This document shows positions 22,093 through 33,175 of a stretch of DNA of 64,000 nt, in pieces; position 1 is the first letter of the stretch; the number at the start of each line of letters is the position of its first letter. The notes beneath the pieces were generated by a model, which worked only from the letters and a program-made list of their open reading frames with translations, did not search any database and was not told where the DNA came from. A program made the position numbers and the translations under genes. This stretch comes from an uncultured Planctomycetaceae bacterium (GTDB lineage: Bacteria; Planctomycetota; Planctomycetia; Pirellulales; PALSA-1355). Location: the NCBI GenBank assembly GCA_963785305.1, contig CAWAUV010000008.1, positions 736,001 to 800,000 of the forward strand, written 5' to 3'.

Positions 22093-22824
22093 GGTTCGCG
22101 CAACCCGCGCCCTTGGGGTAAAATCCAACCTCCAAAATAATCGATCGGTCGCGCTTTGCTTGCTCGAGCGGGCCTCTCAACCGTCGATCGCCGAAGCTCG
22201 CGACTTCGGGGACATCGCCGCTTTTTTAATCTTCAAACACCTCGGAAAAAACCGAGGTCAGTGCAACGGATTTGGGGCCAGTTGCACTGGGGAGCTGAGG
22301 ATCGGTTGAATCGGCCGACGTTGTCAGCGGTGAATTACAATTGCCCGACTGCGTATTGCCACTGACGAAATGCCGAACCTCAAGGAGTAACCCTGGGACG
22401 AGGGTGAGTTCGTGACGATGCCCGAGCGTGTGCAGTGCCAGCAATGCGGACATTCGTTTGCCGTCGAGCATTTCAAGAACGCATAATGCAACCGTCATTG
22501 ACTGGGCGGTTGCGCGCCGATAACATTCTTCATGCGAGGGCAACATCCTCTCGCGAAAACCACTGGCCGATGGTTGTAAACTCAGAAGAAGCCCGCACTG
22601 CTTGCGGGCTTCTTCGTTTTCGCGGGCGATATCGTCGCCACGCCGCGGCAGCGGCCATCCGCTCCGGCCCGAGGCCGGCCGCCAGCGGCATCCGAGTTCG
22701 CCTTAAAAAAATGTTCGCCGCGCTGTTGGCATTACCATGCTTCATCAAACTCCGCTATCGGCCCACTAATATCTGCTGGCATCGGGCGGATTTTGAAGGC
22801 CGCGAAGGCCTCGCTTCGATCTGC

Positions 22825-24304
22825 TTAGTCGCCGGCCGATGATTCAGGCGGGTCGCCGGAGATGGGTGGCCCGGCCATCGCGAGGCGGGCAAGCGTCACC
22901 GCGGTCGCCAGAAGATCGATGTGCGTCCATACGCCAAGATAGCGTTTGGCGAGCAATAGCAGCGCAAAGCTCTCGGCCGCCACCACAAGCGAATACACGA
23001 CCGCCAGGCCGACGACGCCGAAATGGTGCGCCGCCAGGAATCCGCCCAACGCGATTGCGATCGCCGCGACAAAGTTCACGGCCAGCGCCTTGGCTTGCTG
23101 CCGGGCCATCGTGAGCGCCGTGTGGCAGCTTCCCGCCAAGATCAGTATCGCTTGGCCGACGCCGATCACGACCAAAAGCGGCGCGGCGGCCCGGTAAAAT
23201 TCGCCGAACAGCAGGGCGAGTAGCGGCCCGCCGAGGAACACGATCACACCGAGCGCCGCGAGCGATGGCAGCGCGAATAGAGTGGCGACCACACGAAGCA
23301 TGAATTGCAACTCCCGCCGTCGGCCGCGCGCCGCCAGCGGAGCAATCAAACCGGCGACCAGAAAGTTCGCCATCTGCATCGGAATCGCAACAATCAGCGC
23401 CGTGCGACGGGAGACATTGTAAAGCGCCAAGTCATCGCCCGAAAACTCGAACCCAGCGATCCAGATATCGGCTTGGGCCGAAAAGAACGTCACCACTTGA
23501 ATCAGTAAAAGGACCCTGCACAGGTCCCGCGCTTGCTCGGGCGAAATCACCTCGGGCGAGACGGTGTCTCTCGCGGCGTCGGGCGCCGCGGCATCGAGCA
23601 GTGTACCGTCGACCCGTGCGCCGTCGAAGAGTGCGCCGTCGGGCGATGCGCCATCGGCCGGGCCGACTTCAGTCTTCGAGAATCGATTGCGCCAAGCCCA
23701 GGCGAGCGCTAACCCCGCCACCGGGATCGCGAGCACCAGACCACCGAGCGACAGGAGCAAAGTCGTCCGCAAATCGAGTTGCTTCGCGCGATGCGAGAAG
23801 AAGCAGCCCGAGGAACAAGGCGTTGACCAAGAGGCCCCCGGTTTGTCCGCCGGTGAGCAAACTGGCGAATCGCAGTTCATGCAAGGAACGGAGCGATTCC
23901 GCGGCAAATTGCACCACCGCCAGCGCGATCAGCGACAGCGCGACCAGCACCGCGAGGGAACGATCTCGCGGAATCTGCCACCAATCGGCCACGCTGGGCC
24001 AAAAGAAGATCACGGCCGCCGCCAGGATCAGCGCTCCGCGACCGGCGGTTGCCGAAGCCCACCGCAAAAAACGAGCGGCTTCGCGGTCGCGGCCCGATTC
24101 GAGCGCCTGGGGCACGACACGCAACAGGGCGGCGTTCGTCCCCCGCATCGCGAGCAAACTGCCCAGCGCGGTCACGGTGGAAAGCAGCGAGAAATGTCCC
24201 ATGTCGGCCGGCGGCAGTGTCCGCGCGAGCGCCATTTGCAACAGCATCGCCACGCCAATGCCCGCAACTCGCGACCCGATGACCCATGCCGCGCCATGCC
24301 GCAT
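22825..24304 (-). CDS. Wzx-like oligosaccharide flippase (frameshift ~23800; start may be 24379)
   Basis: GAAWVIGSRVAG..LARTLPPADMG, QADIWIAG..ALYNVS, LFGEFYRAA; many TM helices. Confidence 0.82.
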
Positions 24305-24425
24305 GCGGTGGCGAAAGTTCCTGATCGAGCTCGCGGCGGCGACAGTAAGCGCACCGTGTTCGCGGCGTCGGGAAGCCAATGAATGTCCGAGCCTCCTCGG
24401 CGGATGGCGCGCTGCCAGAGCCCGG

Positions 24426-25270
24426 CTACACCGCGCCGGCTCGCGAAAGCACGATCTTGACGGTCGCCGCCAGAATCCGCAGATCGTGCCAGAGCGACCA
24501 ATGGCAAACATAACGCGTATCGAACTCGACCCGTTCGGCATAACTCGTGTCGCTGCGACCCGACACTTGCCACAACCCGGTGATGCCCGGCCGCACAGCC
24601 TGGTAAAACGGAAAATGGTCGCCGTATTTCGCGATTTCGCCTTCGACAATCGGCCGCGGTCCGACAAGGCTCATGTCGCCGCGAATCACATTCCACAGTT
24701 GCGGCAGTTCATCGATGCTGGTCTTCCGCAGCAGGGCGCCGAGCCTTGTGACGCGCGGATCGCGCTGGAGCTTGTGATTGTGGCGCCATTCTTCGGCGAG
24801 CGCCGGATTCTCGGCCAGCAGCGTTTGGAGCATGTGATCGGCGTCGACCACCATGGTCCGAAACTTCCAAGCGCGAAAACGCCGCCCGCCGCGCCGACGC
24901 GCTCGTGGGCAAAAAACGCGGGCCCCGGCGAACCTAGCCGCACGAGCGCCGCCACAAGCACAAAGATCGGCAAACAGCAGAGCCCGGCCGCGAGCGCAAC
25001 GACAAGGTCGAAGCCGCGCTTGGCCCAGGCAGCGGCGCCGGCCGGTCCCAAGTGAGTCGCGGGGTACTGCCGATCGAGCAGGTCTTCGAGGGCGTCGGCC
25101 TCGGAGCGAGGCAAGAATCGCCGGGGCGTCGAGCGCCGATTGTTTCGAGTCGCTTTAATGGATCGTTCCCACAAAGATGCTTCGGATTCGCTCGCGGCGC
25201 ATTCACAAACTCGCCTGCCGCGCGATCGCACCCTTGCGATCCAAAAACCGAGGGCGTCATCGTCGGCCAA
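24426..25270 (-). CDS. bacterial sugar transferase (WbaP/WcaJ-like C-terminal domain; frameshift ~24880)
   Basis: [60 protein letters not shown]. Confidence 0.9.
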
Positions 25271-25607
25271 GGCCGCACTACGCGACGCCGCCCCTCATAA
25301 TCGAGGCTAATTATACCGGCCGTTGCATGCAAGGCATCCCCCCGAGAACGTTCGTCGTTTTCGCCAGAATCGCTGTAAACCGAAAAATGTCAAGGCGAAA
25401 CATATATCGAAACCGCCCGCCGGCCGGGCCAAAATTGCGGATTTCACCGCGGAAACTGTCCACCGGAGGCAAGCGGTGGCGCCCGGCCAATGAACGACGC
25501 GGAAAACCTCGCCCCGCGCCGGCTCTCGTAACGGCCAATCGGCGAATCCCATGAAACGCCTTGGCACGAAGCAAAACTTGAGTTACGATTCAACTTCCTG
25601 GGCACAT

Positions 25608-25683
<76 letters not shown>

Positions 25684-26110
25684 TTTGAATTTCCGCGTAC
25701 AGACGCGCCCAACCGGTTAACGCCCGGCTCCGAGCGATCGGCCGCCGGGCGTTTGGCGTTTCGGGCCTTTCGCCGCAAGGATTTGCGACGACCCCGCCGC
25801 CGCTCCCGGCGCTCTCCGTTTCGAGAGAGATCAATTAGGGTCCGAAGGGAACCCCCAAGGTTCGTTTCGGACCCTCGAATCTCGATCCAAAACTCTCCAA
25901 ATCTCTGGTTAACAACCCTCTCGGAGTTAACAAGCCGTTCCCTTTCGGACCCTCGTTTCGTCATCTCGAACTCGCGCCGGGTAGGTTAACAGAGAGAGGC
26001 ATCGCGCACTGCTCGCGATGCCGAATGCTCCCGCCAGACAGCGCGCCCGTCGCCAAGCGAAGGTCGCTGTGGGCCACTCCACTGCAATTTTGCGGAAAGC
26101 GAGATGCCCC

Positions 26111-26356
26111 ATGCGACCGATCGACGATCCGACCTTCCTGACGCCCGACGAGCGTCTCTCCGAAGTGGCCGGCATTTTCGCGGCCGGCGTTCTACGCCTC
26201 CGCGCCGAGCGGCGCTCCCGGCCGCCGATCCCGCCCCGGAAATCTCGCCGGAATCCTGGCCGACATGCCTTGAGGTTCCCGCCAAAACCGTGCTCAGTGT
26301 CCACCTGGGTTAACGGTTTTCGAGAACTCAAACCAAGGAGAGACGCATGGAACTGA
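26111..26356 (+). CDS. small hypothetical protein preceding DUF2924
   Basis: MRPIDDPTFLTPDERLSEVAGIFAAGVLRL; overlaps the DUF2924 start. Confidence 0.5.
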   Translation: MRPIDDPTFLTPDERLSEVAGIFAAGVLRLRAERRSRPPIPPRKSRRNPGRHALRFPPKPCSVSTWVNGFRELKPRRDAWN

Positions 26357-26847
26357 ACGTGGGCAAGGAGCTCGCCGCGCTCCAGCGGATGAGCGTCAGC
26401 GAACTGCGGGCCAAGCACGCCGAAGTGTTCGGCGAAGAAACGAACGCCCGCCATAAGCAGTGGCTCGTGCGCCGGATCATCTGGCGAATACAGGCGCAGG
26501 CCGAAGGCGACCTGTCGGACCGCGCCCGCCAGCGGGCCTCCGAACTGGCTAACGACGCGGACCTGCGTTCCTCCGCCCCCAAGGCAACCGTCCGCGCCGC
26601 GGCGCCCGCGCAGCGCGTCGCAACGACGACGCTCGCCGTGGCTGGCGATGATCGCCTACCCATGCCGGGCGCGGTCATCACCCGGCGGTACAAGGACCAA
26701 ACGCTGGAAGTCCGTGTCCTGCCCAAGGGATTCGAGTTCGAGGGCCAGGTCTACAAGTCGCTCAGCGCCGTGGCCAAGAAGATCACCGGCGCCCACTGCA
26801 ACGGCTATTACTTCTTCCGCCTCGGCGGGCAAGGGAGCCCCAAATGA
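26347..26847 (+). CDS. DUF2924 family protein
   Basis: [67 protein letters not shown]. Confidence 0.88.
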   Translation: MELNVGKELAALQRMSVSELRAKHAEVFGEETNARHKQWLVRRIIWRIQAQAEGDLSDRARQRASELANDADLRSSAPKATVRAAAPAQRVATTTLAVAGDDRLPMPGAVITRRYKDQTLEVRVLPKGFEFEGQVYKSLSAVAKKITGAHCNGYYFFRLGGQGSPK

Positions 26848-27841
26848 GCAAGGCCAAGACTCGAAACCAGCCAGCGGCGGCCCCGCAGATTCGCTGCGCC
26901 ATCTACACTCGCAAGTCGACCGACGAGGGCCTCGAAAAGGAATTCAATTCGCTCGACGCCCAACGGGAATCGGGCGAGGCGTATATCAAGAGCCAAGAGC
27001 ACGAAGGCTGGCGGTGTCTGCCAGACAGGTACGACGACGGTGGTTTCACCGGCGGCAACATGGACCGGCCGGCGCTCAAACGCCTTATGGCGGATATCGA
27101 GGCCGGCAAGATCGACAGCGTCATCGTGTACAAGGTGGACCGGCTCAGCCGTTCGCTACTCGACTTCGCCAAGATCGTGGAAACCTTCGACCGGCATCGG
27201 ATTTCGTTCGTCAGCGTGACGCAGCTCATCAACACCGCCACATCGTTGGGTCGGCTGATGCTCAACGTCCTGCTTTCCTTCGCCCAATTCGAGCGCGAGA
27301 TCATCTCCGAACGGGCGCGGGACAAAATCGCCGCCGCCCGCCGCAAGGGAAAATGGTCGGGCGGAATGCCGCTGCTCGGATACGACGTGGACACGCAGGG
27401 GTCGAAACTCCTGGTCAACGAAGACGAAGCGGCTCGCGTGCGGGCCATCTTCGAGTTGTACCTGGAGCACCAGTCGATGATCACGACGGTCAAGGAAATC
27501 GACCGGCGGGGCTGGGTCAACAAGCGCTGGACGACCCGCAAGGGGCACGATCGGGGCGGCAAACAGTTCACCAAAACCAGCCTGTACAAACTGCTCACCA
27601 ACGTCGCCTATGCCGGCAAAATCAAATACAAGGACGAGGTCCACAACGGCGAACACGCGGCCGTAGTGAACGCCGACATCTGGCAGCGGGTGCAGTCGCT
27701 GCTGGGTCGCAACGGTCGCACGGGCGGCGCGGAACAAGTTCGGCGCGCTGCTCAAGGGCCTTCTGCACTGCGTTCCGTGCGGCTGCGGCATGTCTCCCAC
27801 GCACTCAACCAAGAACGGCAACAAGCGGTATCGCTACTATG
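26844..27841 (+). pseudogene. large serine recombinase truncated by IS66 within the Zn-ribbon
   Basis: CAIYTRKST, SLDAQRE, YKVDRLSRS, AQFERE; after a shift ~27735 reads LLHCVPCGCGM..KRYRYY and stops at the IS end. Confidence 0.88.
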
Positions 27842-29399
27842 GTAACTGTTAAGCATTTCCTCTTTCCCGAAATTGGGTTTTCGGTCACATTGATTGGATC
27901 ATGGATGATCGAGATCGACGGATCGCCGAGTTGGAAGCGGAAATCGCCCGGTTGCTGGCGGAGAATATCACGCTGCGCAAGCGCGTCGAGCAACTCGAAC
28001 AGCAAGTCCAAAAGTTTCTTCAGCGGCGCAAGAAAACCCGCTCGGCCGCCGATGCGCGGCGTGGCGAACAGGATCGCCGCCGCAAGCAGTTTCGCAAACA
28101 TCCGGGCAGCTTTCGTCCAGAGCCGCCGCCCGGCCCAGCGCATATCGAAATACATAGTATTCATCGAACATGACGTGCATCCGCGAGAGTGTCCGCATTG
28201 CGGCGGCCACGATCTGACCGCCACCGGCGAGTTCGAAGAGCATGAGATGGCGGAGATTCCAGAGCCCAAGCTCGAATGGCATCGGTATCGCCGTCATACC
28301 TACCGTTGCGAACATTGCCAAGCCACCTGCCAAGGACGCGGCGACTTGGAACTGCCCGGCGCCCACATCGGGCCACGCGCGCGCTTGTTGGTCTGCTACG
28401 CGCGGGTTCACCTGGGCATCTCGCTCGGCAAAACGCAACACTTGCTGAAAGACTTCTTTGGTCTTTCGGCCAGCCGGGCCGGATTGCTCGGCCATTTGCG
28501 TTGGGGCGGCGCTTTGTTCGAGCCGGTGGTCGACAAACTCTGGGAACTCTTGCGCAATTCGCCGGTCGTGCAAGGCGATGAGACCGGTTGGCGGATCGAC
28601 GGACTGCCCGCGTGGGCCTGGTGTTTTCGAGACCCGCGCTTGGCATTGTTCCTGATCGATCGTCATCGCAATCGGGCCGTGCTCGAGCGAGCGTTGGGCA
28701 CATCGTTCGCGGGCACGCTGGTCAGCGATTTTTATGCGGTCTACAACGGGCTCGACTGCCGCAAACAGCGCCTGCTTGGTCCATTTGCTTCGCGAGTTGC
28801 ACAAGCTGCGCGAGACGTTGCCGGCGGCGAGCGTGCGGGCCTTCATCCAGCCGTTGATCACGCTGTTTCAAGACGCGATCCGGTTGGGCCACGAGCGCAA
28901 GTCGCTCGGCAAAAAAGCTTTCAACGCGGCCCGACACGAGATTCAAAACCGTTTCGACACGTTGATGCTCGAGAACGCGCGTGCGGCATCGCGAATGTTT
29001 GCGAATCTGGCGCCGGCTGTTCAAGCACTCGGACGAATTGTTCACCTTCCTCGACGATGCGAATGTTCCGGCCGACAACAACGGAACCGAACGCGACATC
29101 CGAAGCCTGGCGGCGGCGAGGAATGATGGCGGCACGCATCGGACCGAATGGAGCGCGGCGGCGTTCGCCCGAATCAAGAGCGTGATCGCGACCGGCGCGA
29201 AAAACGGTTTGAGCTTCGCAAGGTATGGAATCGAAGTCGTGCGCGCTAAATTGCAAGGCAAGACCCTGCCGCTGCCGATCACCAATAGCAGTTAAAACAT
29301 CCGCCACGCGACCCATCCCCGGAAACCCCTCGCCCGCGATCCCCGCCAATATCGCCACCGCCCCCCCGCGCCCAGGCCACGCCACGGCTTAACAGTTAC
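27842..29399 (+). mobile_element. IS66-family element, single-transposase type
   Basis: 13-bp terminal inverted repeats GTAACTGTTAAGC / GCTTAACAGTTAC. Confidence 0.92.
27901..29295 (+). CDS. IS66 transposase (frameshifts ~28150, ~28770, ~28980)
   Basis: Leucine zipper, CPHCG..CEHC, VQGDETGW, LVSDFYAVY, HLLRE, DNNGTERDIR. Confidence 0.9.
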
Positions 29400-30691
29400 G
29401 AAAAAGCGCGCAAACGCATAATAATTACCTAGTGTCAATCAAGCAGTTCACCCGTTGGTTGGTCCGCGAACGGCGAATCGGTTTCGACCCGTTGACCCAT
29501 ATCTCTCGGCAAAACGTGCGGTTAGACCGACGCCACGACCGACGAGCGCTGTCGAGCGACGCATTCGGAAGGCTCGTCGAGGCGGCTCGAACCGGCAAGG
29601 CCATCGAAACGATACCCGGGCCCGACCGGGCGATCTTGTACGTTTTGGCGGCCTGGACCGGGTTTCGGAAGGGAGAGATCGGCAGCCTCACGTGTCGTTC
29701 GTTTCGCCTGGACGAGGAACCCGCGACGGCGACCGTCGCGGCCTGCTATAGTAAGCGCCGACGAGAGGACACTCAGGTGCTCCACCCCGCGTTGGTTGGG
29801 CACTTGAAATACTGGCTTGCGGCCAAAAAAGCTCTCAAGCCCGAAGATCTACTGTTTCCCATTTCGGGCAAAGTGCCCGGCGGAACGGAACGAAAGACGA
29901 ACAAGATGATGCGCCACGATTTGCAAGCCGCCCGTAAGAAGTGGATTGAAGAGGCGAAAGGCAACGCGGAGGAAATGACCCTCCGCGAAAAGTCCGATTT
30001 CCTGTCCTACCAGAACGATGATGGCCTATTTGCGGACTTCCACTCGAACCGGCACATGTTCATCACCAGCCTCGAGCAGGCTGGGCTCTCGCCCAAGATG
30101 GCCCAGACGCTCGCCCGCCATAGCGACGTTCGGCTCACTTTGGGCATCTATACCCACGTTGGCCTGCACGACCAGACTTCGGCCATTGAATCGTTGCCCG
30201 CCCCGCCATCACTTGGCGAGAACGAATCCGAGGCGGCGGCGCTACGGGCGACGGGGACGGAAGGGCCGCTGAACGAGGCTCAAGAGACGCGCCGCGTGGT
30301 GCCCACGGTGGTGCCGTCGGGCGCCGAAATTGGCACCTTTCGGCTCGCATCGGAGACGAACGACCTCGCGCCAAACTACACCGGAGAGGCGGGCGAAGGG
30401 GAAGAGATCGACGCTTCGCGGATCGTCGTAAACCCCAATGGCCCTAGACCGTTTCGCACCGCCCGCGACCAATCTGCATCGCGTCGCACCGTCGCGGGGC
30501 GGGCAAGAAAAGAAATACACCCCAGTGGGCTCGAACCACTAACCTTCGGTTCCGTAGTTTGGGCCTATCTTTTCTTGCAACTCATTTCGTCGTCAGCATC
30601 TTACGGCAAAATCTGCTGCCGCGAAACGACTTCCGTTCTCAAAAATGTTTCGCCAGTTGAGGCCAGTTGCGATTCGGATCAGCCGGATTGA
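29400..30691 (+). pseudogene. tyrosine integrase, N-terminus removed at the IS66 junction
   Basis: LAAWTGFRKGEI, DFHSNRH, TLARHSDVRLTLGIYTH (R-H-R-H-Y catalytic set). Confidence 0.88.
30516..30557 (-). repeat. 3' half of tRNA-Arg(ACG), att core
   Basis: Minus strand CTACGGAACCGAAGGTTAGTGGTTCGAGCCCACTGGGGTGTA: anticodon loop, T arm and acceptor 3' strand, no D arm. Confidence 0.8.
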
Positions 30692-30973
30692 AGTTCCTTT
30701 TTGAGAATTCTCAAGTGGCATTTCGGGCAATTTGTCACCCAAACCAAGTGTCCATTTGAGCCCCGGACGTATGGCAGTTGTCTGTCCAGGTGCCGTCCCG
30801 AAACACGCGCTTCGTCGCCATAACCGAACACGCCCTCGGCCCGCCGGCCCCTCTCCGACGCCACCCCCGAAAAACGTCCGGCCTGACCTCGCCCCTCACC
30901 GCCGGTTCGATGGATTCGACTCGCAACAGCGCGATTCGATGCAGTGCCGAATTCCAAACCGCCTGATTTTCGC

Positions 30974-31134
30974 CGGCGCCGCGGTCACTCGGCCCCTCGG
31001 TCCAAGAACTTCATCACCTGATCCAGCCGTCGGTCGTCAATCGCGGCCATCCTCCTGAACAGGTCCGGTCGTTGCAGGACTCGCTTTCGGATCGCGGCGG
31101 GAATTTTCTCGGCCAGCAGCAGCAACTCGTCGGC
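30974..31134 (-). repeat. diverged direct repeat of the 3' half of the HTH gene at 39207-39367
   Basis: Colinear, ungapped 161-bp match at offset 8233, including the stop codon. Confidence 0.92.
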
Positions 31135-31168
31135 CTCCGGCAGCAAATGCGCACATCACGGAACGGCA

Positions 31169-32014
31169 TCAGGCAGCATCGTGAGACGTTGGCACGAACC
31201 TGGAGATTGACCGCCGATGCCGAAGCCATACCTTCAGGGCGACGACGGCGCCCAAGATAATCGCGAACACGGGAAGCACAAACGTCCAGGCCGTGTTCTT
31301 TGCCGCTTCAGTGGCGACGGGTTTCACGATGTTTTCCGAAACGGCCTTCGTTAATTCGACAGTTCCGTCAATAAATGGCTGCGGGTTTGCGAGGAACGCT
31401 GCCATAGTTGTTGCGACGGCGAGCCCTCCTTTGTTTTTCCAGATGAACTCCATCGCACGGTCGCCATACTTGCCAGCTACCGCAAGTACCTCGTCAGTCC
31501 GGCCCATTTTGTTCAGCGTGCCGTCGTCCGCCATTATTGCCAATCGACGGCCGTTTCGCGTTGAAATGGCTTTCAATGCTCCTATGGCCGGTTCACCAAA
31601 GGAACTAATAAGCGGCTCTGCGATCTGCCCCTGTTTCATCATCGCTTCGGCTGCGTTGTCGCCATATTTGATGAAGATTGCCATGCGATTCTTTTTTCCG
31701 ACGACCCAAATCGCCTCGTCACCGAAGCGCGCGAGCAACTTCACAGACTTGAGGCCATCCTCGCCAGCCTCCTCAACAAGACGAAAAGTTCTTGGCCCGA
31801 CCTTCTCGACCGCGACCAAGGCATCATCCCCATACTTGGCCGACAGCAATTCCATCTTTCTCGTTAAGCTCTCCAACCCCATCTCCGCGACTTGTTTTCC
31901 AAACTTACGAGAGACGACCTCTGCTGCTTCCTGAACAGCCTTGCTTTCGACTCCCGCCGATACCGCTCCTATTGGAAAGAGCAGATAGATAACTATGGTG
32001 AAGTATCGAAGCAT
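31169..32014 (-). CDS. exported/membrane hypothetical protein with (K/R)(Y/F)GD.A repeats
   Basis: Signal peptide; KYGDDA, RFGDEA, KYGDNA, SFGEPA, KYGDRA; C-terminal TM helix. Confidence 0.8.
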   Translation of the reverse strand: MLRYFTIVIYLLFPIGAVSAGVESKAVQEAAEVVSRKFGKQVAEMGLESLTRKMELLSAKYGDDALVAVEKVGPRTFRLVEEAGEDGLKSVKLLARFGDEAIWVVGKKNRMAIFIKYGDNAAEAMMKQGQIAEPLISSFGEPAIGALKAISTRNGRRLAIMADDGTLNKMGRTDEVLAVAGKYGDRAMEFIWKNKGGLAVATTMAAFLANPQPFIDGTVELTKAVSENIVKPVATEAAKNTAWTFVLPVFAIILGAVVALKVWLRHRRSISRFVPTSHDAA

Positions 32015-32026
32015 ACGGGCCTCTAT

Positions 32027-33016
32027 CTATTGGGTTGTCAGCATGTCAAGAACTGCCGTCTCCCGCAGGCGCGCTCTTTCCCTACTAAGTTCTCGCAAAC
32101 GCAGGCGAAGCCCCTTAACGTCTTGCGACCCTTCAACTATCAGGTGATGTATGTCATCGAGCTTCGTATTGACTTTGGCAGCCAATTCACCCTTTGGATT
32201 TGCATACCAGTCCCAGACCCAAGAAATAAGCACGTCCACGATCACACCGACTACAAGGCCGATTCCAAGCGTTTCCCAAGATAGAGCGGCACCCGTGCCG
32301 ATAACGCCGGCGGATACGCCAAGTTCAACTGCAACCTGTGTAAGAACTTCGCCCACTATCACGGATACCGCCTGAAGAGACACGTCGGCCACAGCATCCT
32401 GCTTCGTGGCTTCAATAGCGTGGTCGATTGCGTCACCGTAAATCTGCTCCAGCCGAGCCTTGTCGAATGTGGCAAGTGGATATTCATTCGGGAAGTCCGA
32501 GACATCTTTCTTAATCTGAACTAGCATCGCACTTTCGATGCTCTTCACTTCGCGCATGTAACTTTCTACGACCTGCCTCACCGCCTTTTCGACTTTCTCC
32601 GGCGTGAACACATGCTTCTCAAAGCGTCCACGAATATACGTTTCGTGACGCCCACCGCGAGTGAACGGCACATAATCTACGAGGAGATTCCATTTGCTCT
32701 CCATATCGAGAGCGTCTTTCGCGAACGCCGGCGTGTTGCGCTTAGAATCAGAGAAGAATCCGTCCAGGGACTTGATCTGTTCGTCAATTGCGCGTTCGGT
32801 CTGTTGCTCTGCCCAAGCCAGAGGCTCTTTGGCAGCTTGCCTCGGAGATGGAATTCGTGTGACTGGCGGCGGAATGTGAACTTCAGGCGGCGCAGAATTT
32901 GGCGCCCCCTGGATCAATTCCCACATCGGTCCACGAGCGATGACGCCGATGGCAACCCCGACTAGACCGATTGCAAAGACGCGGAGCCGGGTTTTTGTCG
33001 TCATGCACGCCTCCAT
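32027..33016 (-). CDS. membrane-anchored helical hypothetical protein with Gly-rich hydrophobic hairpin
   Basis: N-terminal TM; LGVSAGVIGTGAALSWETLGIGLVVGVIVD; coiled-coil-like C-terminus. Confidence 0.8.
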   Translation of the reverse strand: MEACMTTKTRLRVFAIGLVGVAIGVIARGPMWELIQGAPNSAPPEVHIPPPVTRIPSPRQAAKEPLAWAEQQTERAIDEQIKSLDGFFSDSKRNTPAFAKDALDMESKWNLLVDYVPFTRGGRHETYIRGRFEKHVFTPEKVEKAVRQVVESYMREVKSIESAMLVQIKKDVSDFPNEYPLATFDKARLEQIYGDAIDHAIEATKQDAVADVSLQAVSVIVGEVLTQVAVELGVSAGVIGTGAALSWETLGIGLVVGVIVDVLISWVWDWYANPKGELAAKVNTKLDDIHHLIVEGSQDVKGLRLRLRELSRERARLRETAVLDMLTTQ

Positions 33017-33175
33017 TCGACCCGCAACATTTCTGACGTTGGGTGTGGACCAGATTGAAAAATCATCCTAAGTCGTGTGAGAAACACATGCAAGCGTTCT
33101 GCTTGATCGGCGGCGTATTAGCAATTGGACTGGCGTCGCTTTCGTCAACGCTCACAAATTCCTCGACCGGCGAAT

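Noticed and set aside
22100..22820. Short ORFs downstream of the tRNA-Phe attR
   Set aside because: No recognisable motifs or consistent coding signal
26648..29185. 845-aa recombinase-transposase fusion ORF
   Set aside because: N-terminal part is an off-frame reading of the recombinase; only the central part is real IS66 transposase
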